Of a stretch of DNA of 35,320 nt, positions 1-9,714 are shown one piece after another. The position numbers were made by a program, and so were the translations under genes. The stretch comes from a virus. Taxonomy: Duplodnaviria; Heunggongvirae; Uroviricota; Caudoviricetes. Location of the stretch: the IMG/VR virus record IMGVR_UViG_2869970738_000004, one strand, 5' to 3'. Under the pieces are notes generated by a model. The model was not told the DNA's origin and searched no databases. It was given only the letters and a program-made list of their open reading frames with translations. Numbering within the stretch: the stretch's first letter is position 1; each line of letters opens with the position of its first letter.

Positions 1-141
1 TTACTGCTTACACTGTAAGAACGCCGCAAACTCCGCTCCCCAGAAGCTCATCCGTATTTCGCACAGCGAACCGTGCAGCATCCAGATGATGAGGATTGCC
101 GTCACGCAGAACGTGATGGCCGTAAGCGATTTTTGCGACAT
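1..141 (-). CDS. Hok/Gef-family type I toxin homologue (46 aa, below ORF-track size cutoff)
   Basis: Reverse-strand ORF from ATG (139-141) to TAA (1-3) translates to MSQKSLTAITFCVTAILIIWMLHGSLCEIRMSFWGAEFAAFLQCKQ: polar N-terminus, one TM helix, then the SLCE..(E)xAAF..C tail typical of Hok proteins; AAGGAG RBS about 8 nt upstream. Confidence 0.5.
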   Translation of the reverse strand: MSQKSLTAITFCVTAILIIWMLHGSLCEIRMSFWGAEFAAFLQCKQ

Positions 142-492
142 AGCGCTTGCTCCTTTTTCGGGGAGGCGCTAACCTATCACTTGCTTAGGGTAGACGGTTA
201 GGGCCTCGGTTAAACAAAAATGTTTTCCGGGGCCTTTCCACATCTGGCCTTCAGGTATTCCCTCCGACCATCAGCCGAAAGGCACCCGCGCGTAATCTAT
301 CGCTTTTTTGTTACTCCGGCAATTCTGCTCGTTAATTCTGAGGTAAGGGCAAACTCATCTGATTGTTTCCTCTGTGTGAAGTTGGCAGTTCATGCCACGG
401 GTAGACTGGCCCCCTGAATCTCCAGACAACCAGTATCACTTAAATAAGTGATAGTCTTAATACTAGTTTTTAGACTAGTCATTGGAGTACAG

Positions 493-858
493 ATGATTGA
501 TGTCTTAGGGCCGGAGAAACGCAGACGGCGTACCACACAGGAAAAGATCGCAATTGTTCAGCAGAGCTTTGAACCGGGGATGACGGTCTCCCTCGTTGCC
601 CGGCAACATGGTGTAGCAGCCAGCCAGTTATTTCTCTGGCGTAAGCAATACCAGGAAGGAAGTCTTACTGCTGTGGCCGCCGGAGAACAGGTTGTTCCTG
701 CCTCTGAACTTGCTGCCGCCATGAAGCAGATTAAAGAACTCCAGCGCCTGCTCGGCAAGAAAACGATGGAAAATGAACTCCTCAAAGAAGCCGTTGAATA
801 TGGACGGGCAAAAAAGTGGATAGCGCACGCGCCCTTATTGCCCGGGGATGGGGAGTAA
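493..858 (+). CDS. insC: IS2 transposase OrfA (InsC)
   Basis: Track ORF 448-858; recognised InsC sequence begins [26 protein letters not shown] at ATG 493. Confidence 0.9.
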
Positions 859-1721
859 GCTTAGTCAGCCGTTGTCTCCGGGTGTCGCGTGCGCAGTTGC
901 ACGTCATTCTCAGACGAACCGATGACTGGATGGATGGCCGCCGCAGTCGTCACACTGATGATACGGATGTGCTTCTCCGTATACACCATGTTATCGGAGA
1001 GCTGCCCACGTATGGTTATCGTCGGGTATGGGCGCTGCTTCGCAGACAGGCAGAACTTGATGGTATGCCTGCGATCAATGCCAAACGTGTTTACCGGATC
1101 ATGCGCCAGAATGCGCTGTTGCTTGAGCGAAAACCTGCTGTACCGCCATCGAAACGGGCACATACAGGCAGAGTGGCCGTGAAAGAAAGCAATCAGCGAT
1201 GGTGCTCTGACGGGTTCGAGTTCTGCTGTGATAACGGAGAGAGACTGCGTGTCACGTTCGCGCTGGACTGCTGTGATCGTGAGGCACTGCACTGGGCGGT
1301 GACTACCGGCGGCTTCAACAGTGAAACAGTACAGGACGTCATGCTGGGAGCGGTGGAACGCCGCTTCGGCAACGATCTTCCGTCGTCTCCAGTGGAGTGG
1401 CTGACGGATAATGGTTCATGCTACCGGGCTAATGAAACACGCCAGTTCGCCCGGATGTTGGGACTTGAACCGAAGAACACGGCGGTGCGGAGTCCGGAGA
1501 GTAACGGAATAGCAGAGAGCTTCGTGAAAACGATAAAGCGTGACTACATCAGTATCATGCCCAAACCAGACGGGTTAACGGCAGCAAAGAACCTTGCAGA
1601 GGCGTTCGAGCATTATAACGAATGGCATCCGCATAGTGCGCTGGGTTATCGCTCGCCACGGGAATATCTGCGGCAGCGGGCTTGTAATGGGTTAAGTGAT
1701 AACAGATGTCTGGAAATATAG
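816..1721 (+). CDS. insD: IS2 transposase OrfB (InsD); normally expressed as InsCD by -1 frameshifting
   Basis: 301-aa ORF with integrase-core transposase sequence (…[37 protein letters not shown]…); overlaps insC in -1 frame. Confidence 0.9.
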
Positions 1722-1732
1722 GGGCAAATCCA

Positions 1733-1928
1733 ACGGGATGCCCTCTGATGAGTGAATGGGGGAGGCGTGCTTTGAAGTGAATTTGTGGAAGGCTTCCAGT
1801 GTTGAGAAACATACGCCGCATTCTAGATTGTTACACTGATAATACTTTTGTCTCACGGTGTTTGAATCATTTTCCGGACGACTGGTGCGGATACGGGCAG
1901 ATGCGCCACAAAGCGGACAACGGAACAT
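1733..1928 (-). pseudogene. ogr: Ogr/Delta-family zinc-finger late-gene activator, interrupted by IS2 at about codon 66; remaining 3' codons lie at 332-396
   Basis: N-terminus MFRCPLCGASARIRTSR…YYQCNNLECGVCF matches the Ogr C-x2-C…C-x4-C zinc-finger pattern; the track ORF tail [12 protein letters not shown] is read from the IS2 right end; reading across the TSD restores an 86-aa frame ending …IPWHELPTSHRGNNQMSLPLPQN. Confidence 0.75.
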
Positions 1929-2063
1929 AGCGACCTCTCTTATTGTAGTGCTTGCACTATTCTAGGTTGTATTCTCTAAGATTTAAACATGACTTTCTCT
2001 ATATAATGATTTTTAGCATTAGTTAATAAACGAACGGCACTCTAAGGAGCGCCGTCAAAGATA

Positions 2064-5000
2064 TTATTCTGATGTCACTCTTTGCGAGTGAGCTATTTTT
2101 AAATCAGCGTTTCCTTCAAATACTACATTCAACTCATAGTTAAGAGTTAGCTTGAATTTATCTGAGTCACTTTTGATATTCTCTGAAGTGACATTTACTA
2201 ACTTATTATTATCATATTCTCTAATAATTAATTTAGTGAAGTAGTTATCCTTTACCACAAGAGAAAATGGTTGATTAACAAATGGTAAGAAGTAAACCTT
2301 ACGGGTACCGGATTCAGTAGTTATGTTCATAGAGCCATCATCATTTTTTCTCATTAGTTCTCTGAGGTTGGGATTATCGAAAAGCATACGATTATATTGC
2401 TGAAAGATCTCTTTACTCATCACAAGAACCAGTTTGCCAGCCAAGTCAGCAGATGATTTTATGTGATCAATCAACATATTGAAATCTTCTATTACGGTAT
2501 GTTGCGAACAGCCAGTGCTAAATAAATTTGAAAGTATTATTCTCTGGATGTCCTTGAGAATTAAGTCTGCTTGAATATCACCTTCATTGATATAAGGGAT
2601 GGATTCTATTCCTTCGGCATACGGTTCTTTATCTATCTTAATAGATATCTTATGTTTTGTGAAACAATCGCTAGCCTGCTTAAAATCAATAGATTTGAAA
2701 AGTGAAAGAGGGAGCGTTTTCTTGATGCGTTTACGAAGATGTTCTGATGTTTTACGTGCAGTGCTATCTAGTCGATGTACATCTATGGCAGCATCCTGAA
2801 GTCTCATATCAAGATCTTTCTTTAGCATGTTAATATGCTCTTGAAGCAACTTTCTTAAGTTTTCTTTTTTTGTTTGGAGATCGTCCAATGTTAAAGTCAG
2901 CTTGATTTTAGTATATTCGATGGAGTTACAAATTTTTGATAATACTCCAATGAGTCGTTGCTTCTCACGATATGTTATATAGTTGTTTTCTATTGCTTCT
3001 TTTATTTCTTTTGATACGCTATCGTTCTTGTTAGGAAAAATTAATAATAGCTGAACCCATGATTGTTCCATATCAATAAATCCACAGTCAAAAACATTAC
3101 TGTAAACTCTGCCCATCACCATGTCTGTTTTATCATAGTCACGTAAACGCCTTGCTAAACTATTCATCCACCCATTGTGTTCCATATTTTCAGACCATGT
3201 CCACAGGCAGATTCTAATTAATATCTTGATTAGTTGGCTTGCATTATCAATTTCTTCAGTGGGAGTTTCATATCCACCGGTTTGGTCAATAAGTTTACCC
3301 TCTAAAATAAGTTTAATGTAATGTGTCATTAGTTTGTCAGAAGTATTGATTCTTGATGTCAGATAAAGACATGTGCATATACGCATGTCAGTCAACGCAT
3401 TTATGATGGCAATATTGAACCACTCTCTGTCTGAATTGAAGTTTAGTTTTTTGGATATGAAAAAACCCGGGTTAAAAAGCTGGCCTTTGTAACTGTATTT
3501 TTCTACCGAATGGCTGTCAATATTCATTGAGTGCTGCCATCGGTTAATAAGATCGACGGCTGTATCAATAGTAGAAGGATCGCGAGTCTGTGTTGCATCA
3601 ATAATCATCGATGGAAGTTCTTGTAGTTGCGTTTTGCAAAATAATTCAAATAAATCTGAATTCTCTGTATTGCAGAAACGAAAGTTTATGCTTTCTTGAT
3701 ATTGCTCCCAAACAGTGGTATAGGTTCTTAATATACGATTATAACGTGAACGAAGCGAGGCATTTAAGAGTGATTGGTTGTTTCGGAACCATTCTGTTAA
3801 TATTGACCATTGTGAACGAGTAATTCCCATATAGATACAAAGTTCATTGCTGATAAGATGTTTTCTATTATTGATAATACGCACTCCGCTCCAAAGACAT
3901 AATTCAAAAAATCTTTCAGAAAGATTAATTTTATCCATGGAATTATTTGATATTTTATAAACTTCATCTGAAAACTCATATTGAAAACTCCGTTCAAATA
4001 ATTCTGTAGTGATCAGTAAGAAGTTATTGTTGGTATTATCATCTTGAAAAAAATACAAATCGCAGAGATTATTAAAGTTATTAATTAATGCAGAGATAGC
4101 ATTGTCAAAACTAATGAGATCAGAATCCCGCAGATACATATACGTATCTGCTGTTATAGCCTGCATTGTAAGACTTACGGAAAAATCTCCTCCTTTAATC
4201 GGAGCCCTATAAAAACATTGCTTAAGTATTTTTATTAATAAGCTGTCTGGTTTGATATTTTTAACGCTAAAAAGTATCTTACCCGTGGATTCTGTTTCTT
4301 TTGTACGATTATCACCAATGACAAATGACGCAAAATGATTCTTCTTTTTTAGTTGGTAATTAATAAGATTAAGAGTAAGTTGAAAAGGACGGTGATATAA
4401 ACTTAACTCATCTTCCTTAGAATAACTGCTAGCCACAGATATGTATTCTCCTTTGTAATCGGCTTGCTTGATTTCTAAATTTGAATAGTTATGTTTTTGA
4501 TAGATAGGGTATAACCTAAGCTTGGCTGAGATTTTGTTACAAATATGGGGCATTACTATTTCGAAGGCAATGTATCGCTTTATAATTATTTGCCGTTTTA
4601 CATCATCAAGAATTTCAAGACTCACGATAAAGAACCAAATAGAAAGAACTATGTTTATCAAAAGCCATAATATGCTGATTAGACAAGCTATACCATAAAG
4701 ATAACTTCCAAAGACAGTTTTAATTAGTACACTGAGAAGTATAAATCCTGATAAGAAAAGCCCGCTGAGTCCAGCAAGCATGAATCCTGAGTAACGCTGA
4801 TAAGCAGTTTGGGCTATTTTTCTATCTGCCTTTTTTTGGAATAAGATACTTACTAAACCTATAACAAGGGGGTATACAATACCAATAATTGTCAATTGGC
4901 CACTTAAAATGGTTGTTTGCCATTCGGTTAATGAATGCCTAAACGGGAAATAATGTAAAAGATTATTTTTTATAAATAATTCGTTTAAATATCCAACATA

Positions 5001-5183
5001 AAGTAGTACAAATGAAAAAGCTGATATGCAAAGTACTGATTTAACCGGTGAGGATGTTAATCTTATGATGTTTTTTTCAATAAAATTCCATTTTAAATTC
5101 GAATAAAATGGATTTTTAACCATTTTATTACGAACATAGTTCTTTGCTAAAATCTCTGTTGCACTTAAAAATTGTCCAATCAT
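2064..5183 (-). CDS. Hypothetical 1039-aa membrane-anchored protein, AT-rich accessory gene between D and ogr; candidate defence/abortive-infection factor
   Basis: Single uninterrupted ORF; nucleotide composition clearly more AT-rich than flanking phage genes; four hydrophobic helices at about residues 49-190 followed by about 850 aa of Asn/Lys/Ile-rich soluble sequence; no canonical Walker A (GxxxxGK[ST]) seen. Confidence 0.8.
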   Translation of the reverse strand: MIGQFLSATEILAKNYVRNKMVKNPFYSNLKWNFIEKNIIRLTSSPVKSVLCISAFSFVLLYVGYLNELFIKNNLLHYFPFRHSLTEWQTTILSGQLTIIGIVYPLVIGLVSILFQKKADRKIAQTAYQRYSGFMLAGLSGLFLSGFILLSVLIKTVFGSYLYGIACLISILWLLINIVLSIWFFIVSLEILDDVKRQIIIKRYIAFEIVMPHICNKISAKLRLYPIYQKHNYSNLEIKQADYKGEYISVASSYSKEDELSLYHRPFQLTLNLINYQLKKKNHFASFVIGDNRTKETESTGKILFSVKNIKPDSLLIKILKQCFYRAPIKGGDFSVSLTMQAITADTYMYLRDSDLISFDNAISALINNFNNLCDLYFFQDDNTNNNFLLITTELFERSFQYEFSDEVYKISNNSMDKINLSERFFELCLWSGVRIINNRKHLISNELCIYMGITRSQWSILTEWFRNNQSLLNASLRSRYNRILRTYTTVWEQYQESINFRFCNTENSDLFELFCKTQLQELPSMIIDATQTRDPSTIDTAVDLINRWQHSMNIDSHSVEKYSYKGQLFNPGFFISKKLNFNSDREWFNIAIINALTDMRICTCLYLTSRINTSDKLMTHYIKLILEGKLIDQTGGYETPTEEIDNASQLIKILIRICLWTWSENMEHNGWMNSLARRLRDYDKTDMVMGRVYSNVFDCGFIDMEQSWVQLLLIFPNKNDSVSKEIKEAIENNYITYREKQRLIGVLSKICNSIEYTKIKLTLTLDDLQTKKENLRKLLQEHINMLKKDLDMRLQDAAIDVHRLDSTARKTSEHLRKRIKKTLPLSLFKSIDFKQASDCFTKHKISIKIDKEPYAEGIESIPYINEGDIQADLILKDIQRIILSNLFSTGCSQHTVIEDFNMLIDHIKSSADLAGKLVLVMSKEIFQQYNRMLFDNPNLRELMRKNDDGSMNITTESGTRKVYFLPFVNQPFSLVVKDNYFTKLIIREYDNNKLVNVTSENIKSDSDKFKLTLNYELNVVFEGNADLKIAHSQRVTSE

Positions 5184-5431
5184 GAATTACTCTTCTATAA
5201 AGTGTGGGTCTACTAACTAAACTGGAACTTTTACTATTGAGTCATATTCCCTTGGACGGGATGGACTGTGAAGATTATACTTGACTTCCTCTGTCATGTG
5301 GGAAAAACATCCGTATTATTGTTAGCATCTGGTTGATGCCCCAACCTCTGACATCTAGTGGGCTGATACATTATCTTTTGTTCTTACTGTCAGTGTAGAA
5401 GCACATCTCAAAAATAATATTTTTAAGAGAT

Positions 5432-6541
5432 TTATTCTGTTTCTGCTATCCATTCCGGGATTTTTGCTTCAAGTTCAAGCTGCGTGGTAAAGCCGCTGTT
5501 ATCAATGGTGTGCTCGGCTTTTGCAATAATCCAGTCCTGATAATCAATCTCGCTTTTAAAGCCTGTCACTGTGCCATGCATTTCGGGATAGAGTTCTGCA
5601 CGACCACGCGCCAGTGTGATGGAAAATGATGCGGCTCCGCGTTGTAGCTGCTGCCACTTTGCCGCCGCTGCGCGTCTTGCTGCCTGCTCGTTCTGATAAG
5701 TCTTGCGTAACACAAACACGTTGCCTTCCGCACCTTCCATATAGTCGCCTTCCCGACTGCTGCTTTTCTCCTTTTTGGGTTTTGGCGGTTTGCGGCGTTT
5801 CACGCTGACTTTTTTCTTTTTCCCGTAATTAAGATCAAGCCAGTAGGCGCGTACCCCCGTATACGCCTCGCGGTCAGCAATGCGGAACTGATGGCGATCG
5901 CCGCTGCTGCGTGTAATGGCGAACGAGGGCAACGGCTGCCCCTGTGCGTTCACGCCACCACCTGGCATGATGAATAACAGATTGCCGCTTTTTACCGTGG
6001 CGATTGCTCCCAGCATTTCCGCCATGCGCGTAAGAAAGGACATGTCGCTTTCTTCGGTCTGGTCGGCGTGGTCGATTTCGATATCCATCAGCATTTCGCT
6101 GATTTGCGGTTTCAGACCGTATCGATGAGCGATGGCGGATACCACACGCTCAACGGTCACATCATGCCAGGACACCTCACGTTTAACGTTAAATTCATCC
6201 CGAAAATCTGCGCTTCTGGCTGAAACAGTCAGCCTGTCCGGCGGTCCTTCGTGAGCGATTTCATCAACAATGTAAGTGCCTTTTTCTGTCAGCGGTTCCC
6301 CTTTCCAGCCAATGAGAACCGTCAGACGCGCGCCCCGTGGCGGTAGCTGCAACTGACCATCCGCATCATCCAGCGTGATGGTGAGCTGGTCCGCCTCAAA
6401 TCCCCGGTTGTCGGTCAGTTACAGGCTCATCAGGCGCTCCGCCACGCCTGACAGCGTTTTACCCTCCGAGAGAATATCAAAATCCGGCATTTTCACGGGG
6501 GCCGTGCCCTGACTGAGCAATTGCATGGTGGTGTCGGTCAT
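5432..6541 (-). pseudogene. D: P2 gpD-like tail protein with in-frame TAA at codon 41
   Basis: ATG at 6541 with GGAGGGAG RBS; frame reads MTDTTMQLLSQGTAPVKMPDFDILSEGKTLSGVAERLMSL, then TAA (6419-6421), then continues in the same frame into the 306-aa track ORF. Confidence 0.8.
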
Positions 6542-6698
6542 CTACTCCCTCCCTGTGCGGCATGGTCGCATGTGCGTGCGGAGGGGGTTACTGCTTTTTG
6601 TTGTCGCCGTGGCGGGAGAACGGCGCAGGGGTGAGATTACGCGCGTGGTGGGTGATGATTGTTGCTGAATCATTTAACGGATACAAGGGGCTGAAGCT

Positions 6699-7883
6699 AT
6701 GAGTGAAACTCGTTTTCATGGTGCCCGTGTTACGGAGAATACCGACCTGGTAACAGCGATTAACGATGTTGATTCCAGCGTTATCGGTATCGTGGCAACG
6801 GCGGATGATGCGGACGCGAAGCTGTTCCCGCTGAACAAGCCCACACTGCTGACCCGCGTCAATGACGTGCTGGGAAAATGCGGGACAACGGGGACGCTTT
6901 ATCGTGCGCTTAAGGCCATCGCAGACCAGGTGAGCACAAAGGTGATCGTCGTTCGCGTGGCTGAACACAAAGAAGAAGACGGAAAGACGCAGGATCAACT
7001 GGTTATCGGTGGTTCTGAGGATGACGGCAGCTATACGGGGATGTATGCGCTGCTTGTTGCAGAGCAGGATGAAAGCATCGGATACCGTCCGCGTATTCTG
7101 GCCGCGCCGGAGCTGGACACGGAGGCGGTAACAAAATCCCTGTGCGTGATTGCAGATAAACTGCGCGCGTTTGTGTATGCCTCATGTCATGGCTGTAACA
7201 CGATGGCCGAGGCAATTACCTACCGCCAGAAATTCAACGAACGTGAGGTGATGCTCTTATGGCCGGACTTCATCGCCTACAACCCGAAAAATGGCAAAAA
7301 CGAAACGTTCCCCGCGCCTGCCTATGCGTGCGGCCTTCGTGCGTACATTGACCATGAACAGGGATGGCACAAATCGCTGTCCAACGTTCCGGTTAAAAAT
7401 GTGCTGGGGATGTCGAGGCATGTGTTCTGGTCGTTGCAGGCCGAAGACAGCGATGCCAACAGCCTCAACAACAAAGAAATCACGACCATTATTCGTCGCA
7501 ACGGGGTCCGCTTCTGGGGTAACCGCACACCGGAAACGAACGCCTACATCTTTGAGGTGTATACCCGAACCGCACAGGTGCTGGCTGATTCAATTGCGGA
7601 AGCGCAGTTTGAAACCATCGACAGTCCACTGACGCCTGCGAATGTGAAGGATGTTATCAGTGCCATCAGGGCAAAACTGGATTCACTGGTGACTGCCGGG
7701 AAACTGATTGGCGCGGAGTGCTGGTATGACGTGGTGGATAACAGCACCACGGATTTACGTCAGGGACGTGTGCGTATTCGCTACAAATATACGCCCGTTC
7801 CGCCACTGGAAGACATGGAGCTTTACCAGACGTTTACTGATGAATACTTTGAACCCGCATTTGCGGTGCTGGGAGGTGCCTGA
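6699..7883 (+). CDS. FI: Tail sheath protein (P2 gpFI-like)
   Basis: 394-aa ORF with sheath-family conservation (…KLRAF.Y…WPDF…QGWHK.LSNV…IRR.G.RFWGNRT…YTPVPPLE…). Confidence 0.9.
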   Translation: MSETRFHGARVTENTDLVTAINDVDSSVIGIVATADDADAKLFPLNKPTLLTRVNDVLGKCGTTGTLYRALKAIADQVSTKVIVVRVAEHKEEDGKTQDQLVIGGSEDDGSYTGMYALLVAEQDESIGYRPRILAAPELDTEAVTKSLCVIADKLRAFVYASCHGCNTMAEAITYRQKFNEREVMLLWPDFIAYNPKNGKNETFPAPAYACGLRAYIDHEQGWHKSLSNVPVKNVLGMSRHVFWSLQAEDSDANSLNNKEITTIIRRNGVRFWGNRTPETNAYIFEVYTRTAQVLADSIAEAQFETIDSPLTPANVKDVISAIRAKLDSLVTAGKLIGAECWYDVVDNSTTDLRQGRVRIRYKYTPVPPLEDMELYQTFTDEYFEPAFAVLGGA

Positions 7884-8359
7884 TGGCTGTGCCAAAACAT
7901 CTTCGCTTTTTTACGCTGTTTGTGGATGGTGAAAACGAAGTGGGTAATGTGACGTCCGTCACTCTGCCTAAGCTGACGCGCAAAACCGACAGCTACCGGG
8001 GTGGTGGCATGATGGGTGCGGTAAGTATTGATCTCGGTCTGGACGACTCCGCGCTTGATGCGAGCTTTGTCATGGGGGCGCAGTTCGTGAGCTGTTCCTT
8101 AAGTATGGCGGCACGATTGACGGCACGCTGCTGCGTTTTGCGGGTGAATACTACACCGATGCAGAAAGCGACCTGTATGAAGTCGAAATGCGCGGACGTG
8201 TGACGGAAATTGATATGGGGGAAGCCAAACAGGGCGAAGCCACATCACACACTTACGCCATTAAAACACCTACTACAAGCTGAGTGTTAACGATCGCCCG
8301 TTGTGGGAGATTGACCTGCTGAACTTCATTTACCGGAAGGACGGGGTAATGACTCCAAC

Positions 8360-8737
8360 TTATTGATAGTGTTTTATGTTCAGATAATGCCCGATGACTT
8401 TGTCATGCAGCTCCACCGATTTTGAGAACGACAGCGACTTCCGTCCCAGCCGTGCCAGGTGCTGCCTCAGATTCAGGTTATGCCGCTCAATTCGCTGCGT
8501 ATATCGCTTGCTGATTACGTGCAGCTTTCCCTTCAGGCGGGATTCATACAGTGGCCAGCCATCCGTCATCCATATCACCACGTCAAAGGGTGACAGCAAG
8601 CTCATAAGACGCCCCAGCGTCGCCATAGTGCGTTCACCGAATACGTGCGCAACAACCGTCTTCCGGAGCCTGTCATACGCGTAAAACAGCCAGCGCTGGC
8701 GCGATTTAGCCCCGACGTATCCCCACTGTTCGTCCAT
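8360..8737 (-). CDS. insB: IS1 InsB reading frame (expressed as InsAB' by frameshifting)
   Basis: 125-aa [51 protein letters not shown]…. Confidence 0.85.
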   Translation of the reverse strand: MDEQWGYVGAKSRQRWLFYAYDRLRKTVVAHVFGERTMATLGRLMSLLSPFDVVIWMTDGWPLYESRLKGKLHVISKRYTQRIERHNLNLRQHLARLGRKSLSFSKSVELHDKVIGHYLNIKHYQ

Positions 8738-8781
8738 TTCCGCGCAGACGATGACGTCACTGCCCGGCTGTATGCGCGAGG

Positions 8782-9057
8782 TTACCGACTGCGGCCTGAG
8801 TTTTTTAAGTGACGTAAAATCGTGTTGAGGCTAACGCCCATAATGCGTGCAGTTGCCCGGCATCCAACGCCATTCATGGCCATATCAATAATTTTCTGGT
8901 GCGTACCGGGTTGAGAAGCGGTGTAAGTGAACTGCAGTTGCCATGTTTTACGGCAGTGAGAGCAGAGATAGCGCTGATGTCCGGCAGTGCTTTTGCCGTT
9001 ACGCACCACCCCGTCAGTAGCTGAACAGGAGGGACAGCTGATAGAAACAGAAGCCAC
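8782..9057 (-). CDS. insA: IS1 InsA
   Basis: 91-aa [46 protein letters not shown]…. Confidence 0.9.
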   Translation of the reverse strand: MASVSISCPSCSATDGVVRNGKSTAGHQRYLCSHCRKTWQLQFTYTASQPGTHQKIIDMAMNGVGCRATARIMGVSLNTILRHLKNSGRSR

Positions 9058-9225
9058 TGGAGCACCTCAAAAACACCATCATACACTAAATCAGTAAGTT
9101 GGCAGCATCACCGAAGGACGGCAAGGACATTGTGCCCGATCGCATCCGTTCCGCGCTTGGGCTTGGCTGATAAGTAATATGCTGGCGGCGCAGTGCGTCG
9201 CCTCTGACTGAAAAGGAGACAACAG

Positions 9226-9600
9226 ATGAAAGACATCGATACTGAAACCCGGAATAACACCGTGGCGGATAATGTGACGGCAGTTGAGGATATGGCTGTC
9301 GAACGTGGCGTAAAACTGACCCGACCAATTGAGCGTGGTGGCGAAAAAATCACGTATGTGGAGATCACCGGGGCTATTGAGCAGGCTGGATCCCTGCGTG
9401 GTCTGTCGCTGTCTGATGTGCTGAATCTGAAAGCGGATACCATGTTCACGCTGTTGCCTCGCGTGACCTCGCCACGACTGGATGAAGTGATGATTAAAAA
9501 AATGTCGTCACGCGATTTTATTCAGTTGTGCGCTGTGGCTGTAAATTTTATGAGCGAGCCAGACTCTGGCGCGAAGAGCGTGCAGGAGACGGCAGCGTAA
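9226..9600 (+). CDS. E: Tail assembly chaperone (P2 gpE-like); a -1 frame extension (E', open to 9764) probably gives an E+E' product
   Basis: 124-aa ORF directly after FII; an overlapping -1 frame stays open from about 9500 to 9764; an A7 run at about 9497-9503 is a candidate slip site. Confidence 0.75.
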   Translation: MKDIDTETRNNTVADNVTAVEDMAVERGVKLTRPIERGGEKITYVEITGAIEQAGSLRGLSLSDVLNLKADTMFTLLPRVTSPRLDEVMIKKMSSRDFIQLCAVAVNFMSEPDSGAKSVQETAA

Positions 9601-9714
9601 TCACCCTGGTGTGCTTTGAGCACATCGAAGATCTGGTGGCGGATATTGCCGCCATTTTTAACTGGTCGCCCGCCGAAATCTTCATGATGACGCCCTGCGA
9701 AGTGGTTAGCTGGC

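Larger units (their letters stand above)
402..1732 (+). mobile_element. IS2 (IS3 family), complete 1331 bp, with 5-bp target-site duplication ACGGG (397-401 and 1733-1737)
   Basis: Left end TAGACTGGCCCCCTGAATCTCCAGACA, right end ...ATATAGGGGCAAATCCA; encodes InsC and InsD; identical 5-bp flanks. Confidence 0.95.
8345..9112 (-). mobile_element. IS1 copy 1 (768 bp) inside FII, 9-bp target duplication GAAGGACGG
   Basis: Ends GGTAATGACTCCAACTTATTGATAG … GGCAGCATCACC; identical 9-bp flanks at 8336-8344 and 9113-9121. Confidence 0.95.
7883..9170 (+). pseudogene. FII: Tail tube protein (P2 gpFII-like), disrupted by two frameshifts and an IS1 insertion
   Basis: Start overlaps FI stop; FII-like sequence passes through three frames (switches near 8083-8088 and 8265-8283); IS1 at 8345-9112 splits the last 9 codons, which resume …RKDGKDIVPDRIRSALGLG to the stop at 9168-9170. 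Confidence 0.8.

Noticed and set aside
220-417. 65-aa + strand ORF upstream of IS2
   Set aside because: Overlaps the reconstructed ogr 3' end and the hok leader on the opposite strand and runs into the IS2 end; no RBS or family resemblance.
6588-6998. 136-aa reverse-strand ORF spanning the FI start
   Set aside because: Overlaps the FI promoter and 5' coding region antisense; no homology or RBS.
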